A stretch of DNA of 64,000 nt, taken from assembly GCA_002069855.1 (NCBI GenBank), contig MWCF01000007.1, positions 2,585 through 66,584 of the forward strand. The letters run 5' to 3'. How positions within the stretch are numbered: the stretch's first letter is position 1; every line of letters starts with the position of its first letter. Positions 30,774 through 40,972 of the stretch are shown one piece after another. The translations under genes were made by a program, and so were the position numbers. A model generated the notes under the pieces. It did no database searches. It had not been told where the DNA came from and saw only the letters and a list, made by a program, of their open reading frames with translations. This DNA comes from Elusimicrobia bacterium ADurb.Bin231 (GTDB lineage Bacteria; Elusimicrobiota; UBA8919; MWCF01).

Positions 30774-32735
30774 TTATCTGCCTTCCTGCTGATGTTTCTG
30801 ATATAATTCTATTAAAGGCTGGGCAACATTTGAAGGAGCTTCTTCATAATGAGAAAACTTCATCTTGAATGAGCCCGCACCTTTTGTTATTGAACGCAAA
30901 TCAGTCGAATACATCCCTACTTCGGAAAGAGGCGCTGATGCTATTACCTTTTGTCTTCTGCCTGCGCGTTCCATTCCCATCACCCTTCCGCGTTTAGAAT
31001 TCAAATCTCCCATAACATTGCCCATATATTCATCGGGAATTACTATTTCAAGTTCAAATATCGGTTCCAATAAAAGAGGCTTCGCTTCAACGACTCCCTT
31101 TTTGAATGCCATGCTGCCGGCTATCTTGAACGCCATATCAGACGAGTCCACTTCATGATAACTGCCGTCGTATAAAGTTACCTTTATATCAGTAACAGGA
31201 TACCCTGCGATAACACCCTGTTCCATTGCCTCTTTAATGCCTTTTTCAACTGCGGGAATATAGTTTTTAGGTATCCGACCCTCTCGTATGGCATTTACAA
31301 ACTCATATCCTGCTCCGCGTTCCTTTGGCTCAAGTTTTATCCAGCAATCTCCGTACTGACCGCGACCGCCGGTCTGCCTTTTATATTTTCCCTGAACCTC
31401 GCATTTACCTCTGACTGTCTCTCTATATGCCACTCTAGGCAAACGAAGTTCGACATCCACCCCGTATCTTGATTTAATTTTTCCCACTCCTGTTTCAAGA
31501 TGAACCATTCCCATGCCGGAAAGTATCATCTCCTTTGTTTCCGCATTGTAAGAAGACTTAACAGTCAGATCCTCTTTCATCATAGATTGTAACGCGGAAG
31601 CAACCTTTTCTTCCTCTCCCTTTGATTTCGGATAAACGGCCATGCTTATGTTTGGTTCAGGGAAAGCGACACGTTCAACCTTTTCGGCAAGAGTGTCATC
31701 TCCCAAAACATCATTGGTATGGGTATCCTTCAGTTTAACAGCCACGCATATATCCCCGGCGGAAGCGTCCTTCAGTTCGCTTCTCTTTTTTCCGAGCAGA
31801 GTGCATAAAGTGCCGAACCTTTCACTGGATCTTCTGGAAACATTTTTTATATCCGCGCCCTGCGTTATTTTTCCTGAAAGCAGTTTAACAAAAGAAAGAT
31901 TTCCGGAATGCGGTTCAACAACGCTTTTAAACACCAAAGCGGAAAGCGCGGCCTGTTCAGAACCGGTATCAGGGAACGGGAAATAATCCTTTATAAAATT
32001 GATGAGAGAATCGCAACCTATATTTTTCGTGCTGCTTCCCGACAGGATAGGTATCAATGTTTTTCCCAATATTCCTTTTTTAAAAGAGGATATCAATTCT
32101 TCTTTCGAAATTTCCTTGCCCTCCAAATATTTTTCTATTAACACATCGTCATTAGACGCGACGGTCTCTATTAATTTTTCTTTGAAAGCAGCGAAATTAT
32201 CCGGGATTGTTGAATCTAAAAGCGAAAAGACTTTTGCCAGCTGAACGCCTGTAGAATCAGGCAATATGAAAGGAACTGCAGCCTTGTCAAATTGTGAAAT
32301 CATATCAATGTTTTTATTTAAATCAATATCTTCTTTGTCAAGTTTGTTTAAAAATATTGCTTTGGGTTTGTTGAATATTTCCCACAACATTTCAAAAGAA
32401 GCGTCTATATCGGTATTCGCGGGAAGAACAAAAATTGCGGCATCCGCCGCTGTTATAGCGGACATGGTTTCTCCGACGAAATCATAATATCCTGGAGTAT
32501 CCAGAATATTCAGTTTTACACCGCCAGAAACAAAAGAACACAAAGAGGTATAAATTGAAGAACACCGCGCAATTTCATCAGGGCTGTTGTCGCTTACAGT
32601 ATTACCCTCTTCAACCTTGCCAAGCCGGGTCGTAAGTTTGGCATTATAAAGAATCGCTTCTACTAAACTTGTTTTACCGGCTCCGCCTCCGCCCACTATC
32701 GCCACATTTCTAATCTGTTCCTTCGGATAACTCAT
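30774..32735 (-). CDS. Divergent EF-G-like translational GTPase (653 aa) with non-canonical P-loop.
   Basis: G1 motif AIVGGGGAGKTSL instead of AHIDAGKTT. G3 motif DTPGY, G4 motif NKLD. C-terminal EF-G domain IV/V motifs (RGRVMGMERAGRRQKV...LRSITKGAGSFKMKFSHY). Confidence 0.75.
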   Translation of the reverse strand: MSYPKEQIRNVAIVGGGGAGKTSLVEAILYNAKLTTRLGKVEEGNTVSDNSPDEIARCSSIYTSLCSFVSGGVKLNILDTPGYYDFVGETMSAITAADAAIFVLPANTDIDASFEMLWEIFNKPKAIFLNKLDKEDIDLNKNIDMISQFDKAAVPFILPDSTGVQLAKVFSLLDSTIPDNFAAFKEKLIETVASNDDVLIEKYLEGKEISKEELISSFKKGILGKTLIPILSGSSTKNIGCDSLINFIKDYFPFPDTGSEQAALSALVFKSVVEPHSGNLSFVKLLSGKITQGADIKNVSRRSSERFGTLCTLLGKKRSELKDASAGDICVAVKLKDTHTNDVLGDDTLAEKVERVAFPEPNISMAVYPKSKGEEEKVASALQSMMKEDLTVKSSYNAETKEMILSGMGMVHLETGVGKIKSRYGVDVELRLPRVAYRETVRGKCEVQGKYKRQTGGRGQYGDCWIKLEPKERGAGYEFVNAIREGRIPKNYIPAVEKGIKEAMEQGVIAGYPVTDIKVTLYDGSYHEVDSSDMAFKIAGSMAFKKGVVEAKPLLLEPIFELEIVIPDEYMGNVMGDLNSKRGRVMGMERAGRRQKVIASAPLSEVGMYSTDLRSITKGAGSFKMKFSHYEEAPSNVAQPLIELYQKHQQEGR

Positions 32736-33261
32736 TGGCTACCTCCTCGATATTTTCTATATCAATGTCTTCCAGCGACGGCAAATCTTCAGTCGATTTC
32801 AGCCCAAAGTACAAAAGAAATTGTTGTGTCGTGCCGTATAAGGCAGGATTGCCTATAGATTCTTTTTTGCCGGCGATCCTGACAAGATTTTTTTCCAGAA
32901 GCGTTCTAACAACACCACCGGATTCCACACCCCGAATCTTGTCTATCTCTCCTCTCGTAATAGGTTGTTTGTATGCTATTATAGCAAGCGTTTCCATAGC
33001 GGAATTGGAAAGTTTAATTGTGGTTTCTTTTTTATAAAGTTTTTTTATGTACTGCCCGTATTCCTTTCTTACTGAGAACTGCCAGCCGCCGGCGATTTCC
33101 GTTATTTGCATGGCGGAATCGTTTTTTGTGTAATCGTTTTGCAATTCAGATATATATTTTTTTATATTTTCCTGCGTTTCATTATCCAACACCTTTTGAA
33201 TATCTTCAACTTTCAAAGGACCTTGAGAAACCAACAGCAATGCTTCTATTATTTTTTTCAT
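32710..33261 (-). CDS. scpB: Segregation and condensation protein B.
   Basis: 183 aa. Tandem winged-helix motifs (EALLLVSQGPL, ITRGEIDKIRGV). Confidence 0.8.
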   Translation of the reverse strand: MKKIIEALLLVSQGPLKVEDIQKVLDNETQENIKKYISELQNDYTKNDSAMQITEIAGGWQFSVRKEYGQYIKKLYKKETTIKLSNSAMETLAIIAYKQPITRGEIDKIRGVESGGVVRTLLEKNLVRIAGKKESIGNPALYGTTQQFLLYFGLKSTEDLPSLEDIDIENIEEVANELSEGTD

Positions 33262-33962
33262 ATTTTTATCGTTTTACTCCCGTAAATTCTTATATCTCCG
33301 AAATTTTTATCCTGTCTGGCTGCGGCAAGACCTCTCTTTATCAGTTCAAGAAGCGCGAGAAAAGTCACTATTATCGCCCTTTTGGTTTCGTCGGATTCAA
33401 ATATGGAAAAGAATGAAATAAACTGCCTTCCTTCCAATTGTCTTATTATAAGTTTCATTTTTTCTTCCACGGTACATTCTTCTTTGATAATCTCCTTGGG
33501 GATTTTTTTAGAACGTTCAATAACCACTTTGAAGGCATCAAGAAGATTAAATATTGTGACCTCGATTCCAAAATCCTCATCCGCGAATTCAGGACTTGTA
33601 TTTCTGTAAAAAATATCTTTTTGCGTTTCAAGATTGTTCCTGAGAATTTTTGACGCCTCCTTATATTTTTTATATTCCACCAAACTTCTTACAAGTTCTT
33701 TACGGGGATCTTCATCCTGCTCTTCCTCGCCATGAGAAGGAAGCAGCATCTTTGATTTCATTTTCATCAAAGTGGCTGCCATCACAAGAAAGTCGCCTGC
33801 AACCTCAAGATTAAGATTCTTCATCATATCCAGATACAGCAAATATTCTGAGGTTATTTTTGCGATCGGGATATCGTATATATCAAGATTATTTTTTTGT
33901 ATCAAGTATAAAAGAAGATCCAACGGACCTTCAAAAACTTCAAGTTTTATGCCATATTCCAT
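33258..33962 (-). CDS. scpA: Segregation and condensation protein A.
   Basis: 234 aa. FEGPLDLLLYLIQKNNLDIYDIPIAKIT N-terminus typical of ScpA. Overlaps scpB. Confidence 0.75.
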   Translation of the reverse strand: MEYGIKLEVFEGPLDLLLYLIQKNNLDIYDIPIAKITSEYLLYLDMMKNLNLEVAGDFLVMAATLMKMKSKMLLPSHGEEEQDEDPRKELVRSLVEYKKYKEASKILRNNLETQKDIFYRNTSPEFADEDFGIEVTIFNLLDAFKVVIERSKKIPKEIIKEECTVEEKMKLIIRQLEGRQFISFFSIFESDETKRAIIVTFLALLELIKRGLAAARQDKNFGDIRIYGSKTIKI

Positions 33963-34939
33963 AATTTTACGGCCTCTTTAACTTCAGCGATTGTCTTAGA
34001 CGCTTCCTCGCGGGCTTTAAGAGAACCTTTTTTCAACACATCTACGATATAATCGCGATTATTGCAAAGTTTTTCCCTTTCGATTCGAATATTTTCCAAT
34101 GAACTATTTATTTCCTGAATAAGATATTTTTTACATTTCACGCAGCCAATCTTTCCCTCTTTACAAAGAGTTTCTATCTCCGCATTATTTTTTAAAAACA
34201 CTTTGTTCAAAGCAAATACAGGACATATTTCCGGATGCCCTATATCAGTAGGATGTATTCTCGCCGGATCTGTAATATACGAAGAAATTGTTTTTTGAAC
34301 ATTCTCTCTGCTGTCTGATAAAAACACGCAATTCGAATATGATTTAGACATTTTTCTTCCGTCATTGCCCGGCATTTTTGGAACTTTTGTAAGTATTGCC
34401 TGCGGTTCCTTCAGAATATTTCCGTACATAGAATTAAACCGCCGCGCTATTTCTCTGGTAAGTTCCAAATGAGAAAGCTGGTCTTCTCCCACAGGAACGC
34501 CGTCTGCCTTATAAATCAGTATATCTGCGGCCTGAAGCACAGGATATCCCAAAAAGCCGTAAGTATGCAGATCGCGCATTTTTATTTCTCTTAATTGCTC
34601 TTTATATGTGGGACACCGTTCAAGCCATGGCAAAGGTGTAATCATTGACAATAAAAGATGCAACTCGGCGTGTTCCGGTACCTGTGACTGCACAAAAATA
34701 GTGGATTTTGCCGGATCTAGACCCGCTGAAAGCCAATCAATAGTCATATCTATTGTGTCAGCGCTTATTTTCGTTGTGTTGCCATATTCGGTAGTTAAAG
34801 CATGCCAGTCGGCAACAAAATAAAAACACTCGTAATCTTCCTGAAGTTTTATCCAATTAGAAAGAGCTCCGTATAAATGACCGAGATGCAATTTACCTGA
34901 AGGCCTCATACCTGACAAAATTCTTTTTTTCATTTTCAA
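33947..34939 (-). CDS. trpS: Tryptophanyl-tRNA synthetase.
   Basis: 330 aa. HIGH-like (GKLHLGHLYG) and KMSKS (KMSKSYSN) motifs. Confidence 0.9.
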   Translation of the reverse strand: MKMKKRILSGMRPSGKLHLGHLYGALSNWIKLQEDYECFYFVADWHALTTEYGNTTKISADTIDMTIDWLSAGLDPAKSTIFVQSQVPEHAELHLLLSMITPLPWLERCPTYKEQLREIKMRDLHTYGFLGYPVLQAADILIYKADGVPVGEDQLSHLELTREIARRFNSMYGNILKEPQAILTKVPKMPGNDGRKMSKSYSNCVFLSDSRENVQKTISSYITDPARIHPTDIGHPEICPVFALNKVFLKNNAEIETLCKEGKIGCVKCKKYLIQEINSSLENIRIEREKLCNNRDYIVDVLKKGSLKAREEASKTIAEVKEAVKLWNMA

Positions 34940-34973
34940 AACCCACTTTCAATATTATTACAAATCACTTAAT

Positions 34974-35618
34974 TTATATGCCCCAAAAAAGGAATCTCTG
35001 TATATAACTTACAATCTTCCAGATAAAATCAAGCATTCCGAAAGACAATAAGATAAAAACCAAAAATATACCGTATCTTTCCATTTGATTATATTTATAC
35101 GCAATATGCGCCGGTAATAACGCGGAAACAATTCTAGATCCGTCTAAAGGAGGAATAGGTATAAGATTGAATACGGCAAGCACAAGATTTATCTGTATAT
35201 TCATGTACATAATTTTAATAAGCAGAAAATTAAAATTGTTAGAAGGATTTGCGCCGAAAATTTTCAGTAACCAAATAAGCAAAACCGATAATAATGCGAC
35301 AGTAAAATTTGCTGCGGGACCTGCCATTCCGACTTTAGCCATATCCTTAACCGGATCATTCAAACGGTACGGGTTGATAGGAACCGGTTTCGCCCAGCCA
35401 ATCAATATAGGAGCCCGAATCACGATGAGCATAACCGGCAGCAACACAGTGCCTATGGGATCAATATGCGGCAGAGGATTTAATGTCAAACGTCCCATTT
35501 GTTTAGCTGTATCATCGCCGTTTAAGTATGCAGCCCAACCGTGGCAACATTCATGAATTACTATCGCAAAAAACAAGAGAGGTATGCCGAGTATCCAATC
35601 AATATTATTTATGCCCAT
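34974..35618 (-). CDS. M50 family (site-2 protease-like) membrane metalloprotease.
   Basis: HECCHGWAAY (HExxH) in first TM. Multiple TMs. 214 aa. Confidence 0.8.
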   Translation of the reverse strand: MGINNIDWILGIPLLFFAIVIHECCHGWAAYLNGDDTAKQMGRLTLNPLPHIDPIGTVLLPVMLIVIRAPILIGWAKPVPINPYRLNDPVKDMAKVGMAGPAANFTVALLSVLLIWLLKIFGANPSNNFNFLLIKIMYMNIQINLVLAVFNLIPIPPLDGSRIVSALLPAHIAYKYNQMERYGIFLVFILLSFGMLDFIWKIVSYIQRFLFWGI

Positions 35619-35665
35619 ATTTAATAAATTATATTTTTTTTTAAAAAAAAGTCAATTAGACCGTA

Positions 35666-36697
35666 TCAAATCATGTAAAATGTAACCCTGTACGAGGGGG
35701 TTACAAATGGACCGGTGCTCAAGGATTGCAGTATTTAAAAAGTATTTATCAACGTTATCACAAATCATCACTCGAAAAACAAAGAGAAATTCTCAATGAA
35801 TTCTGTAAGGTATGCGGATATAACAGGAAATATGCTATTCGCATACTGAACGCTCCATTGCCCGAGCGAAGAAGCAGGCCGATGAAGAAACGAGATAAAA
35901 TCTACAGCCCTGCCGTTATTCCCATTTTAGAAGCGATTTGGGAAGCGAGCGGCTATCTTTGGTCGCATCGTATTAAAGCCGCCTTCCCTTTATGGCTACC
36001 TTGGGCAAAACAACGATTTCATATAACAGAACAAATCCGGCAACAGTTGCTTTCTATTTCGCCGGCTACAATAGACAGCAGACTTAAAAACAAAAAATGT
36101 CAGCTAAAAAAGAAAATCTACGGCACTACCAGACCAGGTACTTTACTCAAACATCAATTTCAGATTACGACAGACAACTGGGATGTCACAATACCGGGAT
36201 TTCTGGAAATAGATATGGTATCGCATTCCGGCTCTTCTGCCGATGGTAACTTCATCCAATCCCTTAACTGTACTGATATTCATACCACATGGACTGAAAC
36301 CCGCGCCGTTTACGATTCCCTTGCGGCTCTTAATGCGATGAAAGATCTCTACCGCAATAAATTACGCCTCTTCCATAATTTCTTCCAGCCATCCATAAAA
36401 TTGGTTAAAAAGATTCGTATCGGCTCCAAACTCAAAAGAGTTTATGATAAACCTAAAACCCCGTTTCAGAGACTGTGCCAGTCAAATCATATCAATAAAG
36501 ATAAACTCGCTCAACTTAAAAATATTGCCGGCATATTAGACCCGTTTGCCTTAAGTAAAACTATTGACTTTAAATTGACCAAAATTTATAACTTGGCTTC
36601 TAAAAATAAAAAAATTTATGGAAATGTTGGTCCCGTACCTTACTCTGTTAATAATTCCCTTCCCTCTATATTAGGGTTACATTCTTAAATGATTTGA
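35666..36697 (+). mobile_element. IS-like insertion (about 1032 bp) bounded by imperfect terminal inverted repeats, carrying a single transposase ORF.
   Basis: Left end tcaaatcatgtaaaatgtaaccct (35666-35689). Right end is its inverted counterpart agggttacattcttaaatgatttga (36673-36697), with 2 mismatches and 1 indel. The element holds the only plus-strand gene in the window. No convincing target-site duplication seen. Confidence 0.55.
35726..36688 (+). CDS. Putative transposase (family not assignable from sequence alone).
   Basis: 320 aa. Basic N-terminal helix-turn-helix-like region. Central acidic residues (DNWDVT...EIDMVSHSG...). Lies between the inverted repeats. The only plus-strand CDS. 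TTG start in the ORF track. Confidence 0.5.
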   Translation: MQYLKSIYQRYHKSSLEKQREILNEFCKVCGYNRKYAIRILNAPLPERRSRPMKKRDKIYSPAVIPILEAIWEASGYLWSHRIKAAFPLWLPWAKQRFHITEQIRQQLLSISPATIDSRLKNKKCQLKKKIYGTTRPGTLLKHQFQITTDNWDVTIPGFLEIDMVSHSGSSADGNFIQSLNCTDIHTTWTETRAVYDSLAALNAMKDLYRNKLRLFHNFFQPSIKLVKKIRIGSKLKRVYDKPKTPFQRLCQSNHINKDKLAQLKNIAGILDPFALSKTIDFKLTKIYNLASKNKKIYGNVGPVPYSVNNSLPSILGLHS

Positions 36698-36873
36698 CAG
36701 GTTAGAAGCAAAAAAACAATATGGTAGTCATTAATCTTTGAGGAGAAGCACTACATTATAGAAACGGGCTTTTTATATTCAAAACAAACTTTGATGAGGA
36801 AACAGAAATCTTCTCTAAAATCAGTTTTTAGCACATTTATTAAAAGCAAAAATCTTTCTCTGATTTAGAATTT

Positions 36874-37338
36874 TTACGCAAAAACGGATTTTATCAAAAT
36901 CCATATAGCTTTTAATCCTATCACTAAAATTGCGGATCCTATTATAGTGCCGACGGTAAGAAAAATATATGACTTCTTCTTTTTCAGTTTCATAATATGA
37001 CTAAGAAGAACAGCCGAATACATACCTCCCATATACACCGGCAATGCTGCCAATATCATAATGCCCCAATATCCGTGTTTGCGCATTTTTACAACCATTC
37101 TGGTCCTTGACACACTGTTCTTAGACGGAAAAGTCCGCGAAATCATTATTCCTATCTTCTTGTTTAAACCGGCTCCTTCAAGAAAATAAAAATACGCAAA
37201 CATTTGAACAATATCTATGACAACTGCTATAAAATAAGCGTTCCACCATCCCAGTCCCGAAGCGAAACCGAGCACCGGAATTATTATGAATTTGTTGAAA
37301 AAATAGTGTAAAGCGTTAAGAATGACTCCCATATTCAA
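36874..37338 (-). CDS. Small multi-TM membrane protein (small multidrug-export-like family).
   Basis: 154 aa, 4 predicted TM helices. Overlaps upstream cNMP/GAF gene by 4 nt. Hairpin ggattttatcaaaatcc (36886-36902) with following U-run on the mRNA overlaps its stop. Confidence 0.5.
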   Translation of the reverse strand: MNMGVILNALHYFFNKFIIIPVLGFASGLGWWNAYFIAVVIDIVQMFAYFYFLEGAGLNKKIGIMISRTFPSKNSVSRTRMVVKMRKHGYWGIMILAALPVYMGGMYSAVLLSHIMKLKKKKSYIFLTVGTIIGSAILVIGLKAIWILIKSVFA

Positions 37339-38294
37339 AATTCTCTTCTCTGTCTTATCTCGTTAAGCCTATTCCGCGCTTCTTCTTCGGCAATGAAGGA
37401 TATATTGTTTATTGAAACCGAAGCAAGAGAGGCTATCGATGATAGAAGTATCAAATCATTAATAGCGAAACTGTTTTTTTCAGAAGAGGCAAGCATAACG
37501 AAACCAAGGAATTTATTTTCAAAATAAAAAGCTGAAGCTATTAAAGATTTTCCAGTAATAAAACCGCTTTTCAATTCAGGTTGTTCGACGCTAATATTAT
37601 TGAGTAAAATCTCCTTTTTAAATTGAATAAATTGATATATCCCGTCAGTTTTTGCAACGCCAGTTAATCCCGGATCAATTCCAAACGCCGCGTGAATATC
37701 CAGCTCTTCGGTAAACTCATTATACACAGCCATTATACCGGAATTGCAATTCTTGCACATATTCCTGATATTTTTAAAAACCCTATCGCACATCTGAGCC
37801 AAATTCTTGGAAGAGGCTATTGTTTTGCCTATTTCATAGAGACACGCAAGCTGTTTATTAGTGGCTGAAAGCCTGTTGAATGTCGCAGACATTATCGCGG
37901 ACAAGAGCTTCATTCCGGAATCAAGATCACTTGAAATTAATTTACGAAAATTATCTCTTTTGATGCTCAAAAGAGTGACATCAGACAGTGCCTTTACGGA
38001 GGCGATTCGGGGCTTGTCTTCGAATAACGACATTTCTCCGAACTGGTCGCCGGGCAATAATATGGATAGTACTTTCACATCTTCAGACGAAATACGTTTA
38101 AAAATTTCTATTCTTCCTTCTTCAACCAGATAAAAATCATTAGCTACCGATCCTTCCTCAAAAATTATTTCGCCTTCTTTTATTCTTTTTTCTTCTATTA
38201 TACCTGAAATATTTTTTAAAACATTGTCGGACAACTGACTAAATACGGCAAATTTTTTTAATTCCATTTTTCCTCCCTGCATTTTGAAACACAA
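37335..38294 (-). CDS. Cyclic-nucleotide-binding (CAP-effector) domain protein with C-terminal GAF-like domain.
   Basis: cNMP-binding motifs (GEIIFEEGSVANDFYLVEEGRIEI, GDQFGEMSLF, RIASVKA). C-terminal half has alternating pattern typical of GAF. Confidence 0.6.
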   Translation of the reverse strand: MCFKMQGGKMELKKFAVFSQLSDNVLKNISGIIEEKRIKEGEIIFEEGSVANDFYLVEEGRIEIFKRISSEDVKVLSILLPGDQFGEMSLFEDKPRIASVKALSDVTLLSIKRDNFRKLISSDLDSGMKLLSAIMSATFNRLSATNKQLACLYEIGKTIASSKNLAQMCDRVFKNIRNMCKNCNSGIMAVYNEFTEELDIHAAFGIDPGLTGVAKTDGIYQFIQFKKEILLNNISVEQPELKSGFITGKSLIASAFYFENKFLGFVMLASSEKNSFAINDLILLSSIASLASVSINNISFIAEEEARNRLNEIRQRREF

Positions 38295-38336
38295 GCATAT
38301 TATTGCTATGTGCGTTATCAGGAATTACAATCACTT

Positions 38337-39401
38337 TCATGAATAACGGCTGGCGAATTTGACCATTTCAGGATTGTGAGCTTTTGCCAAAGCGTCATCA
38401 AGGGATATTACCCCGTCCCTAACAAGATGTCCCAGCGACTTATCAAGAGATTTCATGCCGGCTTTTTCTCCTACTTCTATGGCTTGATATAACTGATGCG
38501 TTTTCCCCTCTCTTATAAGATTGGATATAGCAGTAGTAACTATCATTATTTCTCTTGCCGCAACCCGTGAATTACCGTCAAGGGTGCGTACCAAAGTCTG
38601 TGAAATAACAGCCTGCAGACATGTGGAAAGCTGCATCCTGATCTGCTGTTGTTGGTACGGAGGGAACACATCTATTATTCTGTCTATGCTTGACGGAGCA
38701 TCCGTAGTGTGCAATGTGGCGAGCACAAGATGTCCTGTCTCAGCTATAGTTATAGCGGCGCCTATAGTTTCCAAATCTCTCATTTCTCCCACAAGCACCA
38801 CGTCCGGATCTTCTCTGAGAGCATGCTTTAACGCGTCCGTAAAAGAATGGGTATGCATCCCGACTTCTCTTTGCGTAACAATGCAATTTTTCGACTCATA
38901 AACAAACTCAATAGGATCCTCTACCGTAATTATGTGATCCTTGCGGGTTTTATTTATAATATCCAAAAGGCAGGCAAGAGTGGTTGATTTTCCGCTGCCT
39001 GTAGGTCCTGTGACAAGTATCAGCCCTCGCGGGAGATGAGCGAGTTTAACAATCGATTCCGCAAGCAGTAATTTCTCAGGAGAAGGTATTTCAGACGGTA
39101 TAGATCTAAACACCGCGCCCATGCCGTTTTTATGTTTAAGCACATTCAATCTGAATCTTGAAATTCCGGGCAAATGTATAGAACAATCCAGTTCCAGTTT
39201 CTCATCAAAATGTTTCTTTTGTTCATCCGACAAAACTGCGTGTATCAATCGTTTTGATTCTCCGGCTGATATCGCTTCGTTGAACTCTCTAAGTTCCTGA
39301 ATTTCTCCGTTTATTCTTGCCAACGGCAGTTTGTTAACCACTATGTGAATATCAGAAGCGCCTTTTTTAACGGCAGCAGCTAAAATGTCAATCATCTCCA
39401 T
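38337..39401 (-). CDS. pilT: PilT-type twitching-motility/type IV pilus retraction ATPase.
   Basis: 354 aa. Walker A GPTGSGKSTT. Asp box and His box (PilT-family AIRHALREDPDVVLVGEMRD). Confidence 0.85.
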   Translation of the reverse strand: MEMIDILAAAVKKGASDIHIVVNKLPLARINGEIQELREFNEAISAGESKRLIHAVLSDEQKKHFDEKLELDCSIHLPGISRFRLNVLKHKNGMGAVFRSIPSEIPSPEKLLLAESIVKLAHLPRGLILVTGPTGSGKSTTLACLLDIINKTRKDHIITVEDPIEFVYESKNCIVTQREVGMHTHSFTDALKHALREDPDVVLVGEMRDLETIGAAITIAETGHLVLATLHTTDAPSSIDRIIDVFPPYQQQQIRMQLSTCLQAVISQTLVRTLDGNSRVAAREIMIVTTAISNLIREGKTHQLYQAIEVGEKAGMKSLDKSLGHLVRDGVISLDDALAKAHNPEMVKFASRYS

Positions 39402-39422
39402 ACTATACCTCCTCTAAAATAA

Positions 39423-40949
39423 TTACGCAAAAAAATTTCTTACCGGAACTGTAAATAGACCCGGAAAACCGCATTCTGTGCATGTCCCTTTTTTTGTATC
39501 ACAAAAATCTCGGAATATCTGCAAAAGTCCTTGCTGCGTCCTTTCGTTTTTTATAATTTTTCCAAAACCGATTTTAGTTGAAGTGCAAAGTGTAATACTA
39601 TTTATTGAACGCGAAGGTATCCTCGCCCAGAAATCGAATAATTTTCTCTCTTGCGTGCGGTCATCATTCAATGCCAAAGCCAAAGGAATAAATGTGTTTA
39701 TTATAATTGAAACAGTGCGTTCGTCGCCGAGATACGACACGTCAGATGCCATTTTCCGCGCGTTAAAAGACACTCTCCTTTTCCAATAATCGGCATTGCC
39801 GGAATTTTCGCACATCAGTTTTTTCCGAAATGATGCAGCGGAAAACCTGCCTTCCATTACCTCTTTTAAAAAATCATTAAATAATTTTTCCAAACCGCAT
39901 GCGTCATATTTACTTAAAATTATACTTAAAGCCGCTATTCTCCGGTATGGAAAATTAAAAGGACGCAGACCCTTAAATTTCCATGAATCCTTTTTTAAAA
40001 CCTCTGACGCAGATATGTCCTTTCTTATTGTTTTCCATATCTTGCGTACTTTGGAGATATATTCTTCAGATTCATTGTCAATCGCGTTAACTCTCTCAAT
40101 TTCCGGTATAAGTCCGGACACGCCCAAAACAAGAGACTGTATTCTCAGAGACTTTTCTTCGAATTTTTCAGCTTTAATAACATCTTCTATTCTCTCAAGC
40201 GGCAGCATATCAGCCAATTTGCGAAAATTCGCCCTGTTAGCTCCATACCCCAACCCGTCCATAAGTCCCCTGTAAATTATGCCGGCAATCGAGCGTTTCC
40301 GCAATTCCTCTGAAAAGACACCGCTTTTAATCCTTACTCTTTCATCACCTGCAACGGCAACAAGATGTTCAAGCAAACTGTATTTATCCGGATTATATGA
40401 AGCGCATCTGCCGCGGTGTTTTCCTTCCCCGCCGGGATAATTTTCCACATCAAATTCCGCGTTATATCGATCTATTTCATTATTGGCACAGGAGCTAAGT
40501 TCCAAACAAGGTATTTTTTTCCCTAAGGAATCAATAATAATATCTTCTTTGGTGTTTTTCCACGCTATTACAAATAAAACCGCATTTTTCAACAACGGAT
40601 CTTTGCCGCGACCGAATTTAATCCAGTCCGAGGAAAACAGATCTGTTACAATGTCTCCGGCGATTTCTTTATTATTGATTAAAATTTTTGCGTTTTTGAA
40701 ATCCGGTCCAACATCGAAATTCCAATTACCCGGGCATAAGACACAGATAGAATCTCCGGAGGAAGCGCGCAATCCTCTGCGTTCTATTCGTTGTTCACCC
40801 CAGATTGTTTTAAGCAATTTTTTAGTAACTGGCGGTTTGTCAGCAGGATTCTCCTCTGTTCTTTTAAGAAGAAAGTTGTCTCTTATTTTGGCATATTTAT
40901 CGGTAAATCCGGAAGGCTTGGGAAATTTGATTTCGTCTATGTATTTCAT
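39423..40949 (-). CDS. Conserved hypothetical protein (508 aa) with C-terminal Cys cluster.
   Basis: Long uninterrupted ORF in operon context between CpXC and pilT. C-terminal CDTKKGTCTECGF. I cannot assign a family with confidence. Confidence 0.6.
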   Translation of the reverse strand: MKYIDEIKFPKPSGFTDKYAKIRDNFLLKRTEENPADKPPVTKKLLKTIWGEQRIERRGLRASSGDSICVLCPGNWNFDVGPDFKNAKILINNKEIAGDIVTDLFSSDWIKFGRGKDPLLKNAVLFVIAWKNTKEDIIIDSLGKKIPCLELSSCANNEIDRYNAEFDVENYPGGEGKHRGRCASYNPDKYSLLEHLVAVAGDERVRIKSGVFSEELRKRSIAGIIYRGLMDGLGYGANRANFRKLADMLPLERIEDVIKAEKFEEKSLRIQSLVLGVSGLIPEIERVNAIDNESEEYISKVRKIWKTIRKDISASEVLKKDSWKFKGLRPFNFPYRRIAALSIILSKYDACGLEKLFNDFLKEVMEGRFSAASFRKKLMCENSGNADYWKRRVSFNARKMASDVSYLGDERTVSIIINTFIPLALALNDDRTQERKLFDFWARIPSRSINSITLCTSTKIGFGKIIKNERTQQGLLQIFRDFCDTKKGTCTECGFPGLFTVPVRNFFA

Positions 40950-40972
40950 TTTAACCTTCTATACTGTCAGAT

